Source of the DNA: Yinghuangia seranimata
GTDB taxonomy: Bacteria > Actinomycetota > Actinomycetes > Streptomycetales > Streptomycetaceae
DNA length: 32,000 nucleotides
NCBI RefSeq assembly: GCF_029953285.1
Contig: NZ_JASAOI010000058.1
Span: forward strand, 31,547-63,546
Reading direction: 5' to 3'
Under the pieces are notes generated by a model that saw only the letters and a list, made by a program, of their open reading frames with translations, was not told where the DNA came from and did no database searches. Below are positions 1 to 7,937 of this stretch, one piece after another. Made by a program: the position numbers and the translations under genes. Each line of letters opens with the position of its first letter. Position 1 is the stretch's first letter.

Positions 1-162
1 GTCGAATCCATGAACCCAGGCGACCAGTACGCCGAGGCCGCCGGCGATCCCGGTGAGGCGGCCGACCTGGCCGTGACCACCGGCCGCGCGCACGAGTCCG
101 GAATGCCGGACGTCCCGCTCGACGAGTCCCTGCTCGAACCGGCCGAGGGGGCGACGCCGTGA
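1..162 (+). CDS. C-terminal end of an unidentified protein (5' truncated by window)
   Basis: Frame 1 is open from base 1 to TGA at 160-162 (VESMNPGDQYAEAAGDPGEAADLAVTTGRAHESGMPDVPLDESLLEPAEGATP*). It overlaps the next gene's GTG by 4 nt (GTGA), suggesting translational coupling. Confidence 0.55.
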   Translation, partial: VESMNPGDQYAEAAGDPGEAADLAVTTGRAHESGMPDVPLDESLLEPAEGATP

Positions 163-1874
163 GCCCGTCGGCCGAATCCGTCATCGGCGCCGCACGCGGC
201 GAAGTCGGTTACCACGAAGGAATGTCCCCGTCGGGGCACTGGAACAACATCCAGAAGTACAGCGAGGAAGTCCCGGGCCTGGCCTGGTCGAACGGCGAGC
301 CCTGGTGCGCGACGTTCGTCTCCTGGTGCGCCATGACGGGCGACGCCGCCGACCTGTTCCCCCGCACGGCCTCCTGCGGCGAGGGTCTGGACTGGTTCCG
401 CCGCCGCGGCCGCGGCTCCGACTACCCTGCCGTCGGCGCCCAGGTCTTCTACGGCGTAGGCGGCGAACTCGGCGACGGCGGCCACCACACCGGCGTCGTC
501 TACGCCTACGACGCCACGTACATCTACACGGTCGAAGGCAATGCCCAGCCGCTGGACGCGGCCGTTCTCACCCCGCGCGGTTACGTGCGCATGGGCGACA
601 TCGCGGTGGGGGACGATGTCGTGGATCCGGCCGGGATGCCATCCACGGTCACGGGGGTGTTCCCCAAGGGCACCCGCAAGGTCTACCGCGTCACGCTGCA
701 GGACGGCTCCACCACCGAAGCGTGCGACGAGCACCTGTGGGGCGTCGAGATCGACGCGCGCAAACCGCGCACGGTCACGACAGCCGAACTCGCCAGGGTG
801 GTGGCCAGTCCGAATATGCGGGTCCGGTTGCCGCAGATCCAGCCGGTCGAGTACCTCGTGGACGAGCCGCTCCCGCTGCCGCCGTACCTGCTGGGCGCGC
901 TCATCGGCGAGGGGCGAATGAGCGGCGTCGGACCGCACCTGACCGACCTCGACGCCGAGGCCTCTGCGGCGCTCGGGGGACTCGGGCTGTGGGGTAAGAC
1001 GGCTCGGGAAGTGTTCATCCCCGAGCAGTACAAGCGGGCGACGGTGAAGGACCGTCTCGAACTGCTGCGGGGTCTGATGGACACCGGCGGCGACATCGAT
1101 GCTGCCGGCCGTATCGATTTCGGCAGTTGCTGTGCGCCGCTGGCCGAGGACGTCGGGGAAGTCGTCCGTTCCCTGGGCGGGCACACATCGCTCAAGACCG
1201 AGGCGAACGCAGCGTGCGTGCCACCCGCCTGTCGGCTCCAGAACATCGACATGCCGTTCCACAACCCCTTCGCCGTCCCGCGCAAAGCGGAGCGGTTCAG
1301 GCCGCGGTCCGGCGCCTGGCACCGCAGGGTTGTCAGCGTCGAGTACCTGCGGGACGACGAGGTGCAGTGCATCAGGGTCTCGGCACCCTCGCACCTGTAC
1401 GTCACGGACGACTTCATCCCGACGCACAACACGAACCAGACCGGTTCGGCGGAGGGGGACGGGGTCTACTTCAAGAAGCGGTTGCGGCGGGATCCGTACG
1501 TGTTCGCGTACGGGTATCCGGCGTATCCCGGGGGGATCACCTCGGCCGATCCGGCGTGGGGTGGCGGGCCGGCTGCTCCGCCGCAGGTGGAGCAGGTGTC
1601 GTTGGCGCGGTTGCAGGCGGCGGCCAGGGCGGACGCGCCCGCGCCGGGGACGCCGATGGCGTACCGGGCGGGGACGTTGCTGGTCGAACGTGCCCTGGTG
1701 GCCGAGGGGTTGCTCGACGCGCGGTACGCGGACGGCTCGTACGGGACCAAGACCCTTGCCGCGTACGCCGCGTGGCAGCGGCGGCTCGGGTATGCGGGCG
1801 GGGACGCGGACGGGATCCCCGGGAACGACAGCCTGGCGCGGCTCGGCGCGGCGCACGGGTTCCAGGTCGTGTGA
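159..1874 (+). CDS. CHAP-domain peptidoglycan hydrolase / endolysin-like protein with C-terminal peptidoglycan-binding-like region, interrupted by an in-frame intein
   Basis: GTG start. CHAP motifs are GEPWCATFVSW (Cys50), HHTGVVYAYD (His110) and YTVEGN|TN (Glu126, Asn128). The C-terminal extein has GSYGTKTLAAYAAWQRRLGY...DGIPGNDSLARLGAAHGF, like a peptidoglycan-binding domain. One uninterrupted 571-aa ORF. Confidence 0.85.
   Translation: MSPSAESVIGAARGEVGYHEGMSPSGHWNNIQKYSEEVPGLAWSNGEPWCATFVSWCAMTGDAADLFPRTASCGEGLDWFRRRGRGSDYPAVGAQVFYGVGGELGDGGHHTGVVYAYDATYIYTVEGNAQPLDAAVLTPRGYVRMGDIAVGDDVVDPAGMPSTVTGVFPKGTRKVYRVTLQDGSTTEACDEHLWGVEIDARKPRTVTTAELARVVASPNMRVRLPQIQPVEYLVDEPLPLPPYLLGALIGEGRMSGVGPHLTDLDAEASAALGGLGLWGKTAREVFIPEQYKRATVKDRLELLRGLMDTGGDIDAAGRIDFGSCCAPLAEDVGEVVRSLGGHTSLKTEANAACVPPACRLQNIDMPFHNPFAVPRKAERFRPRSGAWHRRVVSVEYLRDDEVQCIRVSAPSHLYVTDDFIPTHNTNQTGSAEGDGVYFKKRLRRDPYVFAYGYPAYPGGITSADPAWGGGPAAPPQVEQVSLARLQAAARADAPAPGTPMAYRAGTLLVERALVAEGLLDARYADGSYGTKTLAAYAAWQRRLGYAGGDADGIPGNDSLARLGAAHGFQVV
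543..1430 (+). mobile_element. Class 3-type intein (296 aa) with a reduced LAGLIDADG homing endonuclease domain
   Basis: N-terminal splicing block AQPLDAAVLTPRGYVRMGDIAVGDDVVDPAG; block B DGSTTEACDEHLWGV (His64, Trp66); blocks F/G VQCIRVSAPSHLYVTDDFIPTHN|T (Cys276, Thr294, His295, Asn296, +1 Thr). Endonuclease-like motifs LLGALIGEG (888-914) and LLRGLMDTGG (1062-1091). Removing it restores the contiguous CHAP motif VEGNTNQTGSAEGDGVYFKKR. Confidence 0.9.
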
Positions 1875-1884
1875 GTGAAACGTG

Positions 1885-1921
1885 CTGTGGGGCACGGCTG
1901 TTCGGTAGCCGTGCCCCACGG
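1885..1921. terminator. Strong intrinsic hairpin between convergent genes
   Basis: Perfect 13-bp stem GTGGGGCACGGCT (1887-1899) / AGCCGTGCCCCAC (1907-1919) with a 7-nt loop and no T-tract, as is common in actinomycetes. Confidence 0.7.
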
Positions 1922-1960
1922 CGGTCGTTGGTCAGCTCGCGCGCCGAGAAGAGTTGTGGA

Positions 1961-3451
1961 TCAGCTCGCGCGGGCCGAGAGGATCTCGTCGACGAGTTGC
2001 TTGCGCTGGATCTGCCCGGTGGCCGGGGTGCGGGGGAGGGCGTCGGCGTAGAAGACCCGGCGCGGGTGCTTGTGGCCGGCCAGGCGGCCCTCGCAGCCGG
2101 CGCGGATGGCGGAGGGGCCGGGGATCGAGGACGGGTCGTCAGGCACGACGACGGCGCACACGACCTCGCCCCACGTGGTGTCCGGCAGCCCGATGACCGC
2201 GACGTCGCGGACGCCCTCGATGGCGGCCAGCACGCGCTCGACCTCGCTGGGGGCGACGCTTTCGCCGCCGGTGCGGATCAGGTCGCGGGAGCGGCCCGAG
2301 ATGCTCAGGTAGCCCTCGTCGTCGGTGACGGCGATGTCGCCGGTGCGGTACCAGCCGTTCTGGAGGGCGGCGGCGGTCGCCTCGGGGTCGTCGAAGTAGC
2401 CGTCGAACAGCAGCGGTCCGCGGACGCACAGCTCGCCCTCGGGATCGAGCGCCAGGTGCTGGAAGACGCTCGGGACGCCGCAGCTGCCCGGCTTGCGCAG
2501 CACGTCGGCGCCGTCGAGCGAGGTGACGTTGCCGGCCTCGGTGGAGCCGTAGAACACCCGCAGGGTGGCGTTCGGCGCGGCCTTGGCGATGCCCTGCAGC
2601 AGCTCGGGGACGGTCGCGGACGTGCCGGAGTCGGCGAACCGCAGGCTCGGCAGCGTGCCGGGTCCCGAGTCGGTCGCCTCCTCCTCGGCGAGCGCCGACA
2701 GCACGCGCTCCCACACCGCCGGGACACAGTTGAGCCGGGTCGCGGAGTGCTCGCGCACCGCGGCGACGATCGACGCGCCGTCGGTCTGCGGGACGAGGAT
2801 CAGCGTGTCGCGCGCCTGCCACTGCTGGAGCGCGATCGTCCACGCGCCCATGTGGAAGAGCGGGTAGACGCACACCATCGCGCCACGCGGTTCGAGCTGC
2901 GAACCGGGGTGGCTGCGCAGCACGTTCACGCGGTGCGACAGCACGACGCCCTTCGGCTTCCCGGTGCTGCCGGAGGTGAAGAAGATGGCGTGCGGGTCGG
3001 TCTCCGCGGGCTCCGGCGTCTCCGGCGGGTCGGCGGACTCGGCGTCGGCCGCGGCGGTCAGGTCGGCGAGCGCGAGGTACGGGACGCCGATCCGCTCGGC
3101 GACCCTGGCGCCGTCCACCCGTCCGTCGCCGAGCAGCAGCGCGGGCTTGGCCGCGCGGGCCAGGGCCTCGGCCTCGTCGGCGGGCAGCGCGGGGCCGACC
3201 GGCACGTACACGGCGCCGATCCGGGCGAGGGCCGCGAAGACCGGCAGGATGTCGAGGGACGTCGCGTTCCAGCAGACCACGCGGTCGCCCGGCCCGACGC
3301 CGTGCGCGAGCAGCGCCCGCGCGGCGCGGTCGCCGCCCGCGGCCAGCTCGGCGAACGTGACGCTCCGGTCGCCGAGGATCGCGGCGGCGCGGCCGGGGAC
3401 GGCACGGGCCGCGCCCGCGAATATCTCCCCGATGACGAGTCCCTGCCCCAC
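1961..3451 (-). CDS. AMP-dependent acyl-CoA synthetase / carboxylic acid-CoA ligase
   Basis: Motifs IFFTSGSTGKPKGVVLSHR, FYGSTEAGN and GWYRTGDIAV. The annotated ORF opens at 3574, but a GTG at 3451 preceded by GGAGG at about 5 nt spacing is a better start (VGQGLVIGEIFAGAA...). Confidence 0.85.
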   Translation of the reverse strand: MGQGLVIGEIFAGAARAVPGRAAAILGDRSVTFAELAAGGDRAARALLAHGVGPGDRVVCWNATSLDILPVFAALARIGAVYVPVGPALPADEAEALARAAKPALLLGDGRVDGARVAERIGVPYLALADLTAAADAESADPPETPEPAETDPHAIFFTSGSTGKPKGVVLSHRVNVLRSHPGSQLEPRGAMVCVYPLFHMGAWTIALQQWQARDTLILVPQTDGASIVAAVREHSATRLNCVPAVWERVLSALAEEEATDSGPGTLPSLRFADSGTSATVPELLQGIAKAAPNATLRVFYGSTEAGNVTSLDGADVLRKPGSCGVPSVFQHLALDPEGELCVRGPLLFDGYFDDPEATAAALQNGWYRTGDIAVTDDEGYLSISGRSRDLIRTGGESVAPSEVERVLAAIEGVRDVAVIGLPDTTWGEVVCAVVVPDDPSSIPGPSAIRAGCEGRLAGHKHPRRVFYADALPRTPATGQIQRKQLVDEILSARAS

Positions 3452-3581
3452 CCGAACCTCCCTGGTCACGCCCCGTTGCCGTGCATGCCGTGCACCGTCG
3501 TCGTGCACTGACGCACGTACGCTAAGCGCCTGGCCGCGCACTGGGAAGAGCCGCGCGCACGCGTGATCGATCACCTGGCGG

Positions 3582-3905
3582 TCAGGCGTCCTTGAGTTCG
3601 ACGATGATCTCGTAGTACGGCCGGTCGCCGACGTTGACCGCGGTCTCGACGCCGCCGCGCTTCATGGGCACGACCACGCCGGGCACGACGTCGGCGGCGA
3701 AGAACTCCTTGAACTCGCCCTCGCTGTCCGGCTCGGGCTCGACGGCGATGCGGTCCCCGGCCACCTGCACGAGGTAGTAGTCCAGGTCGTGGCGGTGGAC
3801 GTCGCTGCGCTCGCCGGGGGCGAGGGCCAGCTCCCAGATGCGGACCCGGTCGTCCTCGAACAGGACCTTGCTGCCGATGCCGCCGAGTTCGCGTTCCGCT
3901 GTCAT
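3582..3905 (-). CDS. Small cupin-fold protein
   Basis: MTAERELGGIGSKVLFEDDRVRIWELALAPGERSDVHRHDLDYYLVQVAG...; the HRHDLDYY cupin metal-binding-like motif; compact 107-aa ORF. Confidence 0.75.
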   Translation of the reverse strand: MTAERELGGIGSKVLFEDDRVRIWELALAPGERSDVHRHDLDYYLVQVAGDRIAVEPEPDSEGEFKEFFAADVVPGVVVPMKRGGVETAVNVGDRPYYEIIVELKDA

Positions 3906-3929
3906 ACGGGCCTCCTCTGTGTGGGCCGG

Positions 3930-4991
3930 CTAGTAGCCGGCGGTCGGGTCGACGGTGTTGCGGAGCGGTTCGCCGGCGAGGTACCGCGCGAGGTTCTCGC
4001 GGAAGAGCCGGAACACGCCGGTGAAGTGGTCGCGGGCGTCGCTGGAGCAGTGCGCGGACAGGTAGAGGTTGGGGGCGTCCCACAGCGGGTCGTCGGCGGG
4101 CAGCGGCTCGGTGCGGGCGACGTCCAGCGCGGCGGCGCCGAGGCGGCCGCTCTCCAGCGCCTTGATCAGGTCGTCCTCGACGACGAACGAGCCTCGGCCG
4201 ACGTTGCAGTAGAACGCGCCGGGGCGCATGGCGGCGAAGGCCGCGGCGTCCATGGTGTCGACGGTCTCGGCGGTCTCGGGCGCGGCGGAGACGACGGCGT
4301 CGCAGCGGCCGAGCATGTCGTGCAGGTCCTCGGGGCGGAACAGCCGGTCGACGTTCGGCGCGGGGACGTCCGTGCGGCGCCGCGTCGCGTACACGGTCAT
4401 GCCGAACGCCTGGGCCCGCTTGGCGATCTCGCCCCCGATGCCGCCGACGCCGACCAGGCCGAGCGTGCGCCCGGAGACCAGCGTCCCGAAGACCGCCTTC
4501 CAACGGTGCTCGCGCTGCCGTTCGTCGAGCTCGCGGTGCCCCTTGAAGTGGGCGAGCAGGCGGGCGAACGCGAACTCGGCGATCGGGACGCCGTTGACGC
4601 CCGCGGCGGTGGTGGCGGCGACGCGCGGCGTCGGCAGGCCCGCCGAGACCAGTTGGCCGTTGCCGGCCGCGACGCTCTGCACCCAGCGGAGCCGGGGCGC
4701 GGCGTCGGCGACGTCGAACGGAAGGTCGGCGACCAGCGCGACCTCGATCCGTGCCAGCGCCGCCCGCTGATCCTCGGTCAGTTCCGGGGCGAGGGCGCGC
4801 AGTCCGGGGTCGGCCGCGGAGCCGGGGCGGCCGCGGGCGGTGCGCAGCGCGTCGTCCTCGACGTACCGGCAGTCGACGATCTCGACGCGCGGGTCGAGCG
4901 CGCGCAGCGCGGCGAGGTCGGCCCGGTAGGCCTCGGCGGGTCTGATGTCCCAGCGCGGCGGGTACATGATGCCGACGACCAGGGGGTTCAT
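3930..4991 (-). CDS. D-isomer specific 2-hydroxyacid dehydrogenase family protein
   Basis: GRTLGLVGVGGIGGEIAKRAQAFGMTVYATRR (Rossmann motif); MRPGAFYCNVGRGSFVVEDDLIKALESGRLGAAALDVARTEPLPADDPLWDAPNLYLSAHCSS. Confidence 0.88.
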   Translation of the reverse strand: MNPLVVGIMYPPRWDIRPAEAYRADLAALRALDPRVEIVDCRYVEDDALRTARGRPGSAADPGLRALAPELTEDQRAALARIEVALVADLPFDVADAAPRLRWVQSVAAGNGQLVSAGLPTPRVAATTAAGVNGVPIAEFAFARLLAHFKGHRELDERQREHRWKAVFGTLVSGRTLGLVGVGGIGGEIAKRAQAFGMTVYATRRRTDVPAPNVDRLFRPEDLHDMLGRCDAVVSAAPETAETVDTMDAAAFAAMRPGAFYCNVGRGSFVVEDDLIKALESGRLGAAALDVARTEPLPADDPLWDAPNLYLSAHCSSDARDHFTGVFRLFRENLARYLAGEPLRNTVDPTAGY

Positions 4992-5848
4992 GTGGTGCTT
5001 CCTTTCGGCGCGGGGGTGCGGAACTCGAGTCCCTTGCGGGCGTCTTTGAGGACGCCGGGGCGGTGCGTGGCGGCGAGCGCGCTGTCGAGGTAGCCGGGGG
5101 CGTCGACGGTGTCGACGAACCAGCCGGTGGGGCACATGGTGAGGATCTCGACGAACGAGAAGCCCAGACCTTCGCGTTGGGTGCGGAAGGCGTCCTTGAT
5201 CATGCGGTTGGTGCGGGTGATGTTGACGGCGTTGTTGACCGCGCCGCGGGCGACGTAGGCGGCGCCGTCGAGCGCCGCGACGAGTTCGGCGAGCCGGATG
5301 GGGTGGCCGTGCCGCGCCGCGTCCCGGCCCTCCAGGGTGTTCTTGGTGCGTTGGCCCAGGACGGTGGCGGCGGTCATGTGGCCGCCGGTCTCGCCGAAGA
5401 CGCCGTTGTTGAGCATGAAGCAGGTGACGTTCTCGCCGCGTGCGGCGGTGTGCAGGACCTCCTGCAGGCCCTCGTTGACCATGTCGCCGTCGCCCTGCAC
5501 GGTGAAGACGAGGGTGTCGGGGCGGCAGCGCTTGACGCCGGTGGCCAGCGACGGGGCGCGGCCGTGCAGCGCCTGGAGCACCTCGATGTCCAGGTTGTTG
5601 GAGTAGGCGGTGTAGCAGCCGATGCCGAACACCGCGATGGCACGGGACACTTCGCCGAGCTCGTCGACCTGCTCGACCATCGACCGCATCGCGATCGGCT
5701 CGCCGCAGCCGGGGCACAGGTGGTGGGCGCCGACGTCGATGAGCGCGGGCGTGAAGTCGTGCAACAGCCGTGCGGGGGCGTCGGGTGGGGCGTCGGTGTC
5801 GACGAAGACCGGTAGGCGGGTGCGGTGTTCGGGTTCGGGCGGGGTCAC
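4988..5848 (-). CDS. 2-oxoacid:ferredoxin oxidoreductase, beta (TPP-binding) subunit
   Basis: HHLCPGCGEPIAMRSMVEQV, TGVKRCRPDTLVFTVQGDGDMVNEGLQE (TPP motif) and NNGVFGETGGHM. GTG start at 5848, overlapping the upstream gene's stop. Confidence 0.88.
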   Translation of the reverse strand: MTPPEPEHRTRLPVFVDTDAPPDAPARLLHDFTPALIDVGAHHLCPGCGEPIAMRSMVEQVDELGEVSRAIAVFGIGCYTAYSNNLDIEVLQALHGRAPSLATGVKRCRPDTLVFTVQGDGDMVNEGLQEVLHTAARGENVTCFMLNNGVFGETGGHMTAATVLGQRTKNTLEGRDAARHGHPIRLAELVAALDGAAYVARGAVNNAVNITRTNRMIKDAFRTQREGLGFSFVEILTMCPTGWFVDTVDAPGYLDSALAATHRPGVLKDARKGLEFRTPAPKGSTT

Positions 5849-7017
5849 GGCCGGCTCCTCGGGTGCTCGCGATGCGGCGGCTCGGGCTCCGGCCCGCGTC
5901 GGCGACCCGTCACGGCGTCGTGGAGATCGGCGATGCGCCGCTTGAGCAGCGCGACGTCGAGGTCGGGCGCGATGCCGAAGCCGGACGGGTCGAGGCTGAG
6001 CCCGCCGATGAAGCGCACGTCGGCGGAGCCGAGGACGGCGAGCCGCACGTCGTCGAGCATCTGCCCCTGGTTGTTCTCGTAGACGGCGACGCTGCCCGCG
6101 CGCCGGGCGGCCTCGGCGACCACGTCGGACGGGAACGGCACGAGGGTGATCGGGCGCAGCCAGCCGATCCGCCGTCCCTCGGCGCGCAGTTCGCGCACGG
6201 CCTGACGCACGTAGCCGCCGGGGGTGCCGTACGCGATCACGACGAGCTCGGCGTCGTCGGTGAACCCGGCCTCGTGGCGCGGTGGTTCGTCGGTGACCAT
6301 GCGTTCCATCGCGGCCACGTGCCGGTGGTAGAACTCGGCGAGGTCGTAGCCGGCGTCGGCGCGTCCGGCGGCGTGCCGCTGCTTGGCGTCGCTGAGCGGC
6401 GAGACGAGCTTGGCGGCGCCGGTGCCTCCGGTGGAGCCGTCCAGCGCCCAGTCGCGCGGCGGGAGGGGGCCGAAGTCGAGCGGCGTGACGGAGACGGACT
6501 GGTGGGTGTGCGCCAGGTAGTAGTCGCCCATGACCAGTACCGGCGCGCGCCACTTCTCGGCCAGGTGGAAGGCCAGCTGGGTGAGTTCGGCGGCCTCGGG
6601 GACGCCGCACGGCGCGAGGACGAGGTGCCGGTAGTCGCCGTGGCCGCCACCGCGGGTGGCCTGGAAGTAGTCGCCCTGGGCGCGGGCCATGTTGAGGACG
6701 ACCAACGGCAGCCTGGAGTACACGATTTCGGCGAGCGACTCCTGCATGAGCGACAGGCCCTGCCCGGTGGAACCGGTCGCGGCGGGGGTGCCGGTGGCGG
6801 CCGCGCCCCACGCCATGCCGACGGCTTCGAGCTCGCTCTCGGCGTTGACGCACACACCGCCGACGTCGGGCAGCCGTGCCGCCATGGTCTCCAGGACCTC
6901 GGTGAACGGGGTCATGGGGTATCCGGCGAAGAACCGGCATCCGGCGGCGATCATGGCCTCGGCGATCGCGGCCGAGCCGGGCATGATGCGGGCGCCGGCG
7001 TGTGCGGTGGCGGTCAT
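5845..7017 (-). CDS. 2-oxoacid:ferredoxin oxidoreductase, alpha subunit
   Basis: GSAAIAEAMIAAGCRFFAGYPMTPFTEVLE...ESELEAVGMAWGAAATGTPAATGSTGQGLSLMQE; ATG at 7017. Confidence 0.88.
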   Translation of the reverse strand: MTATAHAGARIMPGSAAIAEAMIAAGCRFFAGYPMTPFTEVLETMAARLPDVGGVCVNAESELEAVGMAWGAAATGTPAATGSTGQGLSLMQESLAEIVYSRLPLVVLNMARAQGDYFQATRGGGHGDYRHLVLAPCGVPEAAELTQLAFHLAEKWRAPVLVMGDYYLAHTHQSVSVTPLDFGPLPPRDWALDGSTGGTGAAKLVSPLSDAKQRHAAGRADAGYDLAEFYHRHVAAMERMVTDEPPRHEAGFTDDAELVVIAYGTPGGYVRQAVRELRAEGRRIGWLRPITLVPFPSDVVAEAARRAGSVAVYENNQGQMLDDVRLAVLGSADVRFIGGLSLDPSGFGIAPDLDVALLKRRIADLHDAVTGRRRGPEPEPPHREHPRSRP

Positions 7018-7259
7018 GCGCCGGCCTCGTGCGTCTGGGGCTGCTCGTACCGGTAGACCTGGAAGACGAAGTCGGGGCATATCGCGGTGCACGCCTTGCA
7101 GGCGATGCAGCCGGGCAGCAACCGCGGGTAGCGGTAGCCGCGTTCGTTGACCTGATCGGTCGTCATGCGCAGGACGCGCGGCGGGCACGCGTCGATGCAC
7201 AGCTCGCACCCTTTGCACGCCTCGGTGTCGATGACGAGGGTGCCGAGGCTGTCGGTCAT
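7014..7259 (-). CDS. 4Fe-4S dicluster ferredoxin subunit (delta)
   Basis: Two clusters of Cys motifs: ACKGCELCIDACP and GCIACKACTAICPD; overlaps neighbours by 4 nt. Confidence 0.9.
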   Translation of the reverse strand: MTDSLGTLVIDTEACKGCELCIDACPPRVLRMTTDQVNERGYRYPRLLPGCIACKACTAICPDFVFQVYRYEQPQTHEAGA

Positions 7260-7843
7260 ACGGGTGCCTCCTCGGGCGTGTGCTCGACCGCCCACGCGTC
7301 GACCAGCGGTAGGGCGGCGGCGTGTCCGGCGCGCAGCGCGGCGCGGTTCACGGCGAGGTGCCGGTGGCGGTACGGCGGCAGCACGTCCGGCAGAACCGCG
7401 TCGAGCGTGTCGAGCCGGACGACCGCGGTCGCGGCGGCGTAGGCGCCGAGCGCGACCATCGTGACCGCGTTGGTGCTCCCCGCGGCGGCGGCGATTTCGG
7501 TGGCGGGGATCCGGACGACGGGCCCGGGGTGGTCCGAAGCGGCGACGCACAGCGTCGTGTTGAGGACGAGGACGCCGTCCGGCCGCAGCCGCGCGAGGGG
7601 GCCCGCCGCGTGCGCCGGGTGCAGGACGAGTGCCGACCAGGCGGACCCGACGGTCGGCGGGGACTCCACGGGGGCGTCGCCGAGCACCAGGGTGGTCTCG
7701 GAGTTGCCGCCGCGCATCATGCCGCCGTACGAGCCGAAGAACATCGCGTGGCGGCCTTCGGCGAGCGCCGCGTGGGCGAGCAGTTCGGTGCCGAGCTGGA
7801 CGCCCTGGCCGCCGATGCCGGTCCAGAGGATCTCGCGTTGCAC
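7256..7843 (-). CDS. 2-oxoacid:ferredoxin oxidoreductase, gamma subunit
   Basis: VQREILWTGIGGQGVQLGTELLAHAALAEGRHAMFFGSYGGMMRGGNSETTLVLGD. GTG start at 7843 preceded by GGGAGG. Confidence 0.87.
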   Translation of the reverse strand: MQREILWTGIGGQGVQLGTELLAHAALAEGRHAMFFGSYGGMMRGGNSETTLVLGDAPVESPPTVGSAWSALVLHPAHAAGPLARLRPDGVLVLNTTLCVAASDHPGPVVRIPATEIAAAAGSTNAVTMVALGAYAAATAVVRLDTLDAVLPDVLPPYRHRHLAVNRAALRAGHAAALPLVDAWAVEHTPEEAPV

Positions 7844-7881
7844 GCGCGCCTCCCGGGCTGGGAACAACTGCAACAACTATG

Positions 7882-7920
7882 AGAACGTTGTTCTGAACAG
7901 TAGCGTGGCGTGTTCTGAAC
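7882..7920. promoter_or_regulatory. Candidate TetR-family operator(s) in divergent promoter
   Basis: AGAACgttGTTCT (7882-7894), overlapping TGTTC-T-GAACA (7889-7899). TGTTCTGAAC recurs at 7911-7920, a 22-bp start-to-start spacing. Confidence 0.6.
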
Positions 7921-7937
7921 GGGAAGGGGCGTGACCG

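Noticed and set aside
1127-3511. 794-aa plus-strand ORF antisense to the AMP-ligase
   Set aside because: Repetitive Arg/Gly/Ala/Asp-biased translation, typical of antisense frames in high-GC DNA. It overlaps the intein and the well-supported minus-strand ligase and has no recognisable domain.
3452-3574. ORF-track start of the AMP-ligase at 3574
   Set aside because: The extra 41 residues are not family-like, and a GTG at 3451 has a good ribosome-binding site.
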